DNA of 35,397 nucleotides from Chloroflexota bacterium (GTDB taxonomy: Bacteria; Chloroflexota; UBA6077; FW602-bin22; JBCLEL01): assembly GCA_038913435.1 (NCBI GenBank), contig JBCLEL010000001.1, positions 1 through 35,397 on the forward strand, given 5' to 3'. Below, piece by piece: positions 8,900 to 16,410 of this stretch; the stretch's first letter is position 1, and each line of letters begins with the position of its first letter. The translations under genes and the position numbers were made by a program. A model generated the notes under the pieces. The model was given only the letters and a program-made list of their open reading frames with translations, did no database searches and was not told the origin of the DNA.

Positions 8900-9484
8900 G
8901 TGATTAGTGGGGGCTTCCGAGAGGAAGTATTGAACGTAGTCCTGGCTCAGCTTCTAAACGAGCGCGGGATAGTCTCAGTACCAGAACAAATGATGAGTTT
9001 ACCTCTACACGGCAGACGAATGCCAGACGTGCTTGTTGTGTTTCAAGGTCTTAGGACAGTCATTGAAGGCAAAGTGGACGATCACCCGGAAGCGGGAAAA
9101 CAAGCACTCGGAGACGCATCGAGTCGTGTAGAGGAAGGCATTGCCCACATCGGTATAGCCGTTCTCTATCCGGAGGCTTTACGCCACGTTCCATCTTTAG
9201 ACAGCCTACGGCAGCACCTCTCCTCAACTACGCTTCGGATTAATATTTGCAGCGAAGCCGGACAACACGGTTGGAACGAATGCTCAGTAGATGATATTGG
9301 TGACCTCTTGCGCCGTACGTTCGAGCAACTCGTTGAGGAGGATGTCGTTGTTCGGGCAGTCGCCGCTTTGGAGGCCGGCGTTGCGCGCTTCGCTCAGGCC
9401 ATATCGTGGGCTCCAGCGGTGGTCGAGCGCAGCGCAAAGGTGCTGGGTATCGGTGAACCAGATAAAAAAGAGGACCTAGAATGA
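8900..9484 (+). CDS. Small PD-(D/E)xK restriction-endonuclease-like protein
   Basis: 194 aa. EEVLNVVLAQLL...MPDVLVVFQGLRTVIEGKVDD (nt 9023-9073) fits E...PD-x13-E-x-K. The C-terminal ~100 aa looks helical. The stop overlaps the methyltransferase start (ATGA at 9481-9484). Lower GC than the flanks. Confidence 0.6.
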   Translation: MISGGFREEVLNVVLAQLLNERGIVSVPEQMMSLPLHGRRMPDVLVVFQGLRTVIEGKVDDHPEAGKQALGDASSRVEEGIAHIGIAVLYPEALRHVPSLDSLRQHLSSTTLRINICSEAGQHGWNECSVDDIGDLLRRTFEQLVEEDVVVRAVAALEAGVARFAQAISWAPAVVERSAKVLGIGEPDKKEDLE

Positions 9485-11772
9485 CTGCGACGCTCACCCC
9501 CGCCCAGCGTACGGCTGTAAGCAAAATAGCCGGTTTGACCATTGCAAACGCCATGGTATTCCAAGAAGTGCTGTCTGCTCACGAACAAAGAGTCTATCCG
9601 CTCCGCCAGATGCTCCAGGCAACTGACCCGATTACTGAGTTAAGCACCCATTGGCAGTTCATCTTAGATGAAATTGACTATGTTCCAATTTTCAGGGTAG
9701 CGCGAGACCTACTTTTGGAACTCCCAGCCAACCAGGACATCGAAGATGCTATCCGGTTCATGGGCGACCGGGCGCTCGACATCGTGCGTCTACGGGCAGC
9801 CCTTCGTCACGACCTTGTTGGACGGGTATATCACAAATTACTGGCCCATGCGAAGTTTCTGGGCACCTACTACACATCGGTCCCAGCCGCCACACTCCTC
9901 CTGAAAGTAGCGCTGTCATCACAGATTGAGGAGCGTAATTGGGCAGACATAGAGAATCTAGGCGCTTTACGCATCGCTGATCTAGCTTGCGGTACAGGCA
10001 CGCTGCTTATGGCTGCCGCCGAAGCTGTGACTGATAACTACGTGCGAGCGGTTAGCGCTCAAGACATTCGTCCTGATTTACGTGAACTACACCAGCTTTT
10101 GATAGAGAAGGTCATTCATGGTTATGACGTACTTCCTTCAGCTCTGCATCTTACCGCATCCACCCTGGCACTGCGCGCTTCAGACATGACGTTTCAACTG
10201 ACTAACCTCTTTAGCCTACCCTTAGGAGGTCCGGGCCATTGGCTGGGAAGTATTGAATTCTTGAAGGATCGTAAGATCCCCATCACTAGGGATATGTTTG
10301 GCGCCCCGACCATTGCAGGCCAAGTGACAGCTAAAGGCGACATCTCTTACCATATCGCGCCGTTACCTGACCTGGACCTCTGCGTGATGAATCCCCCCTT
10401 TACTCGTAGCGTTGGTGGGAATCTACTGTTCGGTTCTTTGCCTGAGTCCGAGCGCCGTCCAATGCAGAAAGAGTTGGCACGACTTCTTCGTACCAAACAG
10501 GTTCTCGCTAGTAGCACTGCTGGCTTGGGGTCAGTTTTCGTCGCCGTGGGTGACCGAGCGGTGAAGGAGGGAGGCCGGATGGCCCTTGTCCTCCCTAAGG
10601 CTCTTCTGTCCGGCGTAGCTTGGGGGAAAACACGTGAACTCTTTCGGCAGAGCTATCAGGTGGAGCACCTGATTGTCAGCCATGACCCCGCCAGGTGGAA
10701 CTTCTCCGAAAACACTGATCTTAGTGAAGTCTTGGTAGTAGCCCGGAAGGTGGGCGAGGAAGCTGCGCAGCACCATAGAGGTAGAGTTGTCTGCGTCAAC
10801 TTATGGCGCAATCCTGGTACAGCCTTCGAGGCTCTGAGTATGGCTCAGTCTTTGACGCGGGGCGAGCCGCCAGATGTCGAGCGAGGACAGGGGGCGCTCG
10901 ATGTAAGCGTCGGAGGGACTAAGGTCGGCGAAGCCCTGAGCGTGCCCTGGAGCGCTATCTGCGATGGTTTGTGGATGCCACCGTGCGCATTTGGCCAATC
11001 AGAGCTTGTGCGCGCAGCCCACCATCTGGTTCAAGGCCACCTTTACCTTCCTGGCGGTGGGATCGTGGGGACATTGCCCTTATGCCCTCTGCAGGATATT
11101 GGCAGTCTGGGCCCGGATAGGCGAGACATCCACGACGGATTCAGCCTTGCCACCGGCGAGACTGCATTCCCGGCCTTCTGGGGGCACGACGCCCCCTTAT
11201 GTACCACTCTGGCTCAGCGACCGAATCGCTACTTGTCGCCGCTCTCTCAGGCGAAACCAGGCCGCCATCTACGCCGCGTGCAAGACCTGTGGCCTAAGGC
11301 GGGGCGAATAGTCCTCGCTGAACGCCTGCGGCTGAACACGCAGCGGCTGGTCGCTGTTCGAATAGACCGGCCGGTTCTATCGAACGTTTGGTGGCCCTTT
11401 ACGCCAATGACAGCCGCTGAAGCTGCTGAGAAAGCTCTTGTTCTGTGGCTCAACTCTACGCTGGGATTGCTAGTTCTGCTGGCTCATAGAGAGGAGACGC
11501 AAGGGGCGTGGGTCGATTTCAAGAAGCCGGTTCTGGGGGCAATGCCTGTTCTTGATGTGCATGCCCTAAGCTCTGAACAGCTCGATACTCTAGCGCGCAC
11601 GTTTGACTCTCTCAGCGGTCAAGAGATATTGCCTTTCCCGTTCATGGCTGATGATGCGGTGCGTCAGGAGATAGATCAGACAGTAGCCAGGGTCTTCGGA
11701 TTGCCTGACTTCGCCGTGTTGCGTTGGCTCCTCTCGCGTGAGCCGGTCGTTTGCCTTCGCTCGTTGCCTTAG
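9481..11772 (+). CDS. N6-adenine DNA methyltransferase (gamma-class motif order) with long C-terminal TRD-like region
   Basis: 763 aa. It shows three methyltransferase elements. The pre-motif is RHDLVGRVYHKLL...FLGTYYTSVPAATLL. SAM motif I is LRIADLACGTGTLLMAAAE (aa 163-181, nt ~9967). Motif IV is VMNPPFTRS (NPPF at nt 10390-10401). Then comes GGRMALVLPKALL and ~330 further residues with no recognised motif, presumed to be the target-recognition domain. Confidence 0.85.
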   Translation: MTATLTPAQRTAVSKIAGLTIANAMVFQEVLSAHEQRVYPLRQMLQATDPITELSTHWQFILDEIDYVPIFRVARDLLLELPANQDIEDAIRFMGDRALDIVRLRAALRHDLVGRVYHKLLAHAKFLGTYYTSVPAATLLLKVALSSQIEERNWADIENLGALRIADLACGTGTLLMAAAEAVTDNYVRAVSAQDIRPDLRELHQLLIEKVIHGYDVLPSALHLTASTLALRASDMTFQLTNLFSLPLGGPGHWLGSIEFLKDRKIPITRDMFGAPTIAGQVTAKGDISYHIAPLPDLDLCVMNPPFTRSVGGNLLFGSLPESERRPMQKELARLLRTKQVLASSTAGLGSVFVAVGDRAVKEGGRMALVLPKALLSGVAWGKTRELFRQSYQVEHLIVSHDPARWNFSENTDLSEVLVVARKVGEEAAQHHRGRVVCVNLWRNPGTAFEALSMAQSLTRGEPPDVERGQGALDVSVGGTKVGEALSVPWSAICDGLWMPPCAFGQSELVRAAHHLVQGHLYLPGGGIVGTLPLCPLQDIGSLGPDRRDIHDGFSLATGETAFPAFWGHDAPLCTTLAQRPNRYLSPLSQAKPGRHLRRVQDLWPKAGRIVLAERLRLNTQRLVAVRIDRPVLSNVWWPFTPMTAAEAAEKALVLWLNSTLGLLVLLAHREETQGAWVDFKKPVLGAMPVLDVHALSSEQLDTLARTFDSLSGQEILPFPFMADDAVRQEIDQTVARVFGLPDFAVLRWLLSREPVVCLRSLP

Positions 11773-11790
11773 TGGGGATGTGGGTGCCTT

Positions 11791-11994
11791 ATGAGCCTGA
11801 AGGTTCGCTATGACTCCGAGGTGGATGTCCTTTACCTGGCCAGAGAAGGCAAGGAAGAAGAGGTGATAGAGGTCTATCCAGGTGTAAACCTTGAGATGAA
11901 CGCCGAAGGTGAGCTGATAGGCGTGGAGATTCTACAAGCCTCTCAACTCTTGAAAGGTGTGATCGAACCGATCAGGAGCAAATTGACCTTGTAA
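11791..11994 (+). CDS. DUF2283-family small protein
   Basis: 67 aa. VRYDSEVDVLYLAREGKEE...NLEMNAEGELIGVEIL matches the DUF2283 pattern (YD.e.D.lYi.l...g.ivGiEi). The RBS is weak. Confidence 0.65.
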   Translation: MSLKVRYDSEVDVLYLAREGKEEEVIEVYPGVNLEMNAEGELIGVEILQASQLLKGVIEPIRSKLTL

Positions 11995-12032
11995 TAAGAT
12001 AGCCTTTTAGGTGTGTTGTGACTTGGAAGCTA

Positions 12033-12095
12033 GTAGCGCAGGGGCTTGTCCCCTGCACTGGGCGGGTAGGGGCGGGGCACAAGGCCCCGCGCTAC
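12033..12095. repeat. Double-hairpin extragenic palindrome, copy 1
   Basis: GTAGC-[GCAGGGG cttgt CCCCTGC]-...-[GCGGGGC acaag GCCCCGC]-GCTAC. A near-identical copy lies at 28921-28979; the arms are identical and the central linker differs. Confidence 0.9.
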
Positions 12096-12122
12096 GATAA
12101 CTGTTGAAATAAATCGTCAATT

Positions 12123-12155
12123 CCCTCTCCCACTGGGAGAGGGTTAGGGTGAGGG
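12123..12155. repeat. Inverted partial copy of the 5919-5950 palindrome
   Basis: The reverse complement, CCCTCACCCTAACCCTCTCCCAGTGGGAGAGG, differs at 2 positions from 5919-5950. It contains the hairpin CCCTCTCCC/GGGAGAGGG. Confidence 0.85.
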
Positions 12156-12176
12156 ACGATAGCGGTACTACGACAA

Positions 12177-12938
12177 ATGAAAATACACGTCATCACTCTC
12201 TTCCCAGGCATGTTCCAAGGCCCGTTCGACGACAGCATCATCGGACGCGCGGTCAAACGGGACCTGATCGAGATTAACGTCGTAGATCTGCGCCAGTTCG
12301 GAGTGGGCCGGCACAAGATCACCGACGATATTCCCTACGGCGGCGGCGCCGGCATGGTGATGAAGCCGGAGCCAATTGTCGAGGCGGTGGAGTCGGTGAC
12401 GGGCGCTGCGGCTGAGGCCGGCCCAGCGTGGAACCGCCGGGTGATCCTCACCTCGGCGCGAGGCCGGCTGTTCAACCATCAGGTTGCCCTGGAGCTTAGC
12501 AAATTCGACGAGCTAATCGTCATCTGCGGCCACTATGAGGGCGTTGACGAGCGCATAAGCCAACTGGTCGTTGACGATGAAATCTCTATCGGCGACTATG
12601 TCCTGACCGGCGGCGAGTTGGCAGCGATGGTGATAGTTGACGCGACGGCTCGGATGCTGCCCGGCGTGGTGGGATCAGCGGAGTCGTTAGAGGAAGAGTC
12701 GTATTCGAGCGGCCTGCTCGAATATCCGCACTACACCAGGCCGGCTGTCTATCGCGGTTTGAACATTCCTGAGATATTGCTGTCCGGCCATCACGCCGAG
12801 ATTGCCCGCTGGCGGCGTGAACAATCTATACTTACTACCGCCCGCCGGCGGCCGGACCTGTTAGGCCGGGCGAAACTCAGCGAAGCTGAGCTACGGTTGG
12901 TCCAGCGATTGCTTGAGTCTTCAGAGGAGGAAACTTGA
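12177..12938 (+). CDS. trmD: tRNA (guanine37-N1)-methyltransferase
   Basis: [13 protein letters not shown]...[17 protein letters not shown]...[12 protein letters not shown]...[14 protein letters not shown] is the canonical TrmD sequence. Confidence 0.95.
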   Translation: MKIHVITLFPGMFQGPFDDSIIGRAVKRDLIEINVVDLRQFGVGRHKITDDIPYGGGAGMVMKPEPIVEAVESVTGAAAEAGPAWNRRVILTSARGRLFNHQVALELSKFDELIVICGHYEGVDERISQLVVDDEISIGDYVLTGGELAAMVIVDATARMLPGVVGSAESLEEESYSSGLLEYPHYTRPAVYRGLNIPEILLSGHHAEIARWRREQSILTTARRRPDLLGRAKLSEAELRLVQRLLESSEEET

Positions 12939-14182
12939 AAGCGGAGATCCTATCAGTTGGCACGGAACTGCTGCTAGGTCATATCGTTGATACAAACGCC
13001 GCCTATCTAGCCCAAGAGCTATCAGCGTTAGGCATTGACCTGTTTTGGGGAACGCACGTCGGCGACAACCTGGGCCGGGTGACCGAGACGATCCAGCGGG
13101 CGTTGGCGCGCTCCGACCTGACGATCATCACCGGCGGGCTCGGTCCAACCGAGGATGACCTGACCCGCGAGGGAATAGCCGCCGCTTTGGGTGAAAAGAT
13201 GGTCGTGATTCCGGCGCTTGAGAAGGAGCTACGAGAGTTTTTCGCCCGGCGCAATCGGGCCATGCCTGAGCGCAACGTAAAACAGGCCACTCTGATTCCA
13301 TCGGCCCAGGGACTTTCCAATCCAATTGGTACCGCTCCTGGTTGGTGGGTGGAAAAGGACGGCAAGATCATCACCGCCATGCCGGGCGTGCCAAACGAGA
13401 TGTATCGCATGTGGCAAAACGAGGTCGTGCCACGCCTTTTGAAGCGGCAGGACAGCGCGGTGATTCACACCCGGATTCTCAAGGTGCTTGGCATCGGCGA
13501 GTCCCACGTCGAAGAGATGATCCAGCATCTAATAGCCAGCAACAATCCGACGCTGGCAACCTACGCCAAGCCCGATGGCATCCACGTTCGGATCACCGCG
13601 AAAGCTCGCTCGGTAGAAGAAGCGAAGCGTCTGCTGGTCGAGCCAGAGCAAGAGGCGCGCCGCGTCCTGGGGCCGGCGATATACGCGGTTGATGACGAGA
13701 CCATTGAGTCAATTGTCTTACAGCAGGTAGGCGCTAAAGGTTGTACCCTCGCAAGCATGGAAGGACTGACCGGCGGTTTGATCTCGGCGGCTTTGGCCGA
13801 TGCCGCCAACGGTAGCTCGGAAACCTATAAGGGCGGCATTGTAGCTGACTCAGTTGAGTCAAAGATCAAATGGGGCGCTGATCTAGCGTTGATTGAGACA
13901 GCCGGCGAGATCAGCGCGGAAGTATCAAAAGCGATGGCGACGCTGGCGCGCCGGCAGTTGGGCGCTGACATCGGCATCGCCGTAACTGGCGTGGCCGGCC
14001 CTCAACCATACCGCGATCAGCGACCCGGCTCGGTCCACATTGCAATAGATGATGGCAGTAAGGTAGTGTCAAAGAGCGAGATCGGCTTTGGCAATACGCG
14101 CTCGACTATTAAATCCCGGGCCGCAATCGCCACGTTGGACTATCTGCGCCTCTACCTGGATGGTCACGTCAGCGGCGATTAG
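12935..14182 (+). CDS. cinA: CinA-family competence/damage-inducible protein (MoCF-binding domain plus nicotinamide-nucleotide amidohydrolase PncC domain)
   Basis: [29 protein letters not shown]...[12 protein letters not shown], with the C-terminal ESLTGG-like motif [15 protein letters not shown]. The TTG start overlaps the trmD stop, and GAGGAGGA lies upstream. Confidence 0.92.
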   Translation: MKAEILSVGTELLLGHIVDTNAAYLAQELSALGIDLFWGTHVGDNLGRVTETIQRALARSDLTIITGGLGPTEDDLTREGIAAALGEKMVVIPALEKELREFFARRNRAMPERNVKQATLIPSAQGLSNPIGTAPGWWVEKDGKIITAMPGVPNEMYRMWQNEVVPRLLKRQDSAVIHTRILKVLGIGESHVEEMIQHLIASNNPTLATYAKPDGIHVRITAKARSVEEAKRLLVEPEQEARRVLGPAIYAVDDETIESIVLQQVGAKGCTLASMEGLTGGLISAALADAANGSSETYKGGIVADSVESKIKWGADLALIETAGEISAEVSKAMATLARRQLGADIGIAVTGVAGPQPYRDQRPGSVHIAIDDGSKVVSKSEIGFGNTRSTIKSRAAIATLDYLRLYLDGHVSGD

Positions 14183-14230
14183 AGCTGCTTTCTGTCGGTT
14201 GTTGATTAGGAAGGTCTGTGTTGCAGGCCG

Positions 14231-14259
14231 GTAGGGGCGACTCGGCGAGTCGCCCCTAC
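14231..14259. terminator. Perfect 13-bp hairpin between convergent genes (possible bidirectional terminator; member of the GTAGGGGC repeat family)
   Basis: GTAGGGGCGACTC ggc GAGTCGCCCCTAC lies between the cinA stop (14182) and the sortase stop (14286). There is no U-tract, so terminator function is an inference. Confidence 0.4.
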
Positions 14260-14285
14260 GATGTCAGATCTACCATGAAACAGCC

Positions 14286-15131
14286 TCAGAATGTCGCCTC
14301 CTTAGCCGGCTTGGCGATGACTACGTAACGTTCGGCATAGTCGTTGGTGATCGGATTCCAGGCGCCGGTGCAAGTGATTAAGGTTAGCTGTTCCTCATCA
14401 GTGGGGGCGACGACGCTGAGGTCGGTGTTTTTGACCGTGACAGATTTGACAACCTCGTAGGAGATTGGGCCGGCGTCGGTGTAGAGGGTCACGCGGTTGC
14501 CGGTCTTGAGATCGAATATGCGGGCAAAGACATTGCCTGAGGAGATGCTCTGGACATGGCCGGATAGCACCACGTTTGAATTGCTCATCGGCAGCGCCGT
14601 TCCCTCCAGGTAGCCAGCGACAAACTTCGGCACCGTCCACTCGCCATTGACTATCGGCGAGTTGACAACCAGCGAGTCCAACCTGATGGCCGGCGCCACG
14701 ATGCGTCTGATTGTGAGCGGCCGTTGAGTGGGCGTAGGCGCCGGCGTATCAGTCGGCGCGATTGTCGGGCTAGGAGGCGACTCCTTCATCGTAAGGTCGG
14801 CCAGGGCGGGGGTTGACGCCGGCACAACTGTAGGAGCAGATGCGGGCGTGACTTCAATTCCTTTGCTGGCCGGCCTGAGTTGGCTGACAACGGCGCTCTT
14901 TTCAGCGATGACTGGTGAGGGTGACGCTGTAACTGGCGTCGAGGTAGGCGCCGGCCGGCGCAACTCCGCCTCAGTTTCGGCGGCTACTGTCGTTGCCGTG
15001 GCGCCAACCGACGCCACGTAACGCTGTTCCGCGCTGGTCGTCCCCCAGGACACGGCAACTGTTGCCAGGAGTATCAGCCCACCCAGGACTATCAGGATAT
15101 TACCGCTGAGTCTTGTCAGCCTGCTTGCCAA
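14286..15131 (-). CDS. Sortase-family transpeptidase with N-terminal TM anchor and Pro/Thr/Ala-rich linker
   Basis: TM segment ILIVLGGLILLATVAV, a long PT-rich spacer, the catalytic His context VVLSGHV, and the signature LTLITCTG (TLxTC). TTG start. Confidence 0.85.
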   Translation of the reverse strand: MASRLTRLSGNILIVLGGLILLATVAVSWGTTSAEQRYVASVGATATTVAAETEAELRRPAPTSTPVTASPSPVIAEKSAVVSQLRPASKGIEVTPASAPTVVPASTPALADLTMKESPPSPTIAPTDTPAPTPTQRPLTIRRIVAPAIRLDSLVVNSPIVNGEWTVPKFVAGYLEGTALPMSNSNVVLSGHVQSISSGNVFARIFDLKTGNRVTLYTDAGPISYEVVKSVTVKNTDLSVVAPTDEEQLTLITCTGAWNPITNDYAERYVVIAKPAKEATF

Positions 15132-15236
15132 GTCTCACTCTCGCATAGCGTAACTGACTTCATTATACGAGAGCAGGCTTGTCACTATCCTGATTAGTGC
15201 GTAATCAGATGACATTTTCGGGAATACCGCTTTCAA

Positions 15237-15264
15237 GTAGGGGCGTATGGCCATACGCCCCTAC
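15237..15264. repeat. Perfect 28-nt palindrome of the GTAGGGGC family
   Basis: GTAGGGGCGTATGG/CCATACGCCCCTAC. Confidence 0.85.
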
Positions 15265-15296
15265 TGTGTGCCCTGATCCTTCACGAGTGAAGGACA

Positions 15297-15372
15297 CCTC
15301 ATCCCCCTGCCCCCTTCTCCTGCGAGGAGAAGGGGGCAGGATTACTGGGGGACACCCCCACATCCCCCGTCA
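15297..15372. repeat. 76-bp GC-rich interspersed repeat, copy A
   Basis: It aligns without gaps to 16680-16755, with about 68 of 76 positions identical by hand alignment. It contains an 11-bp hairpin (CCCCTTCTCCT gcg AGGAGAAGGGG) and TGGGGG aca CCCCCA. Confidence 0.85.
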
Positions 15373-15452
15373 ATGGCTTCGCCCTTGCACCCCTTAGAGT
15401 CCGCCTAATATAGCCTAAGACCTGGTTTGAGTTAACATTAGGTACGATTGGA

Positions 15453-16001
15453 CTAGGAGGCCACACGCGCTCGTTTGAGGTACTCGATGGCAAACTTCAC
15501 GTTGTCGTTATACTCCGATTGTCGCAGGAGGACCGATTCTATGTAGGTAGCATAGGAGTTGTCGCGGCCGGTCAGTTGAGCGATGTGCCTGGCTACCATC
15601 ACCTTCTCCTCCGATAGCGCGGAGAATCGGCGCAGAGGCTCCGCCAGGCTCTCAAGCGCGCCTACGATGCTTGCGCGCAGTGTTGCCAGCTCGCCGGTCA
15701 CATCCTCGTTGCGCGCCGTCAAGTCGGAGGCAGTGGAGCTGATACCGGAGTCCTCCAACTGGCTGATCTTCCGGTCAATCTCGCCGATGACCAGACGCTT
15801 GCGCTCGATCTCGACCGACACCGTTTGAACGTTTCGCCGGATATGGGTGACAGCGTCGGAGTGTACCCCGCCGGCGGTCAGTTGTTGCTCGGCTTTTTCC
15901 ACTTGCCTTTGGATCTCCGACTGCCGGCGCAATAGATAAATCAGCCCAACTTCGTGCTGGGCTTTTAGAGACTTCAGTTCGACCAGGCTTTCAGGACTCA
16001 T
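15453..16001 (-). CDS. Hypothetical protein, predicted coiled-coil
   Basis: 182 aa, rich in E/R/Q/L with heptad-like stretches (QSEIQRQVEKAEQQL, EIERKRLVIGEIDRKISQLE). I recognise no family. Composition matches the host. Confidence 0.5.
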   Translation of the reverse strand: MSPESLVELKSLKAQHEVGLIYLLRRQSEIQRQVEKAEQQLTAGGVHSDAVTHIRRNVQTVSVEIERKRLVIGEIDRKISQLEDSGISSTASDLTARNEDVTGELATLRASIVGALESLAEPLRRFSALSEEKVMVARHIAQLTGRDNSYATYIESVLLRQSEYNDNVKFAIEYLKRARVAS

Positions 16002-16410
16002 TGAATTGAGATCCCCCTCTGACGCTTCGTGACTTGTCTAAGAAAGTGTCTGAAAAGTTACCACTTTCCGTTGTCTTGACCGACTGGCTGTCGAGGATGG
16101 CCGCGCTGGGCGTGGGTTCGCGGCCCAAGCCGCTCCGCACCTGCTTTCCCCGCAGGGCGGGGTGGATCGCCTCCAGCGTCCCTTCTTTGCGCCAGAGTCG
16201 GAAATAGTGGTAGATCGTCTGCCAGGGTGGCAGATCGTGCGGGAGCAACCGCCAGGCGCAGCCTGTGCGGAGGATATAGAAGATGCCGTTGAGAATCTCG
16301 CGACGCGACCAGGCGCAGGGCCGGCCCCCCGGCTTGGGCGCAGGCGTCAGCGGCTTGAGGATGGCCCATTCCTGGTCCGTCAGGTCGGTTGCATAGGGTT
16401 TGCGTTCCAT
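15991..16410 (-). pseudogene. Truncated IS5-family (IS427/IS1031-like) transposase, N-terminal DUF4096-type region only
   Basis: YATDLTDQEWAILKPLTPAPKPGGRPCAWSRREILNGIFYILRTGCAWRLLPHDLPPWQTIYHYFRLWRKEGTLE...AAILDSQSVKTTESG is the conserved N-terminus. After TTESG the frame reads through the terminal repeat (GNFSDTFLDK) into flanking DNA, and the DDE catalytic domain is absent. Confidence 0.8.

Noticed and set aside
9481-11772. Interpretation of the large methyltransferase as BREX PglX or a DISARM methylase.
   Set aside because: At 763 aa it is shorter than typical PglX. None of the obligatory partners (PglZ, BrxC/BrxL, DrmA/B-type helicase, PLD) is present within at least 8 kb on either side.
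12096-12120. CTGTTGAAATA, shared between this spacer and the 3' end of the nested MITE (16850-16862), as evidence of another MITE copy.
   Set aside because: Only an 11-nt match. The GAGACYGCTGC terminus is not adjacent, so this is compatible with chance.
15197-15493. Small ORFs 15197-15397 (+) and 15299-15493 (-), and likewise 16545-16781 (-), as coding genes.
   Set aside because: They are translations of the 76-bp GC-rich repeat and neighbouring palindromes (PLLLRGEGG / SQEKGAGG-type peptides). They recur wherever the repeat occurs and lack start context.
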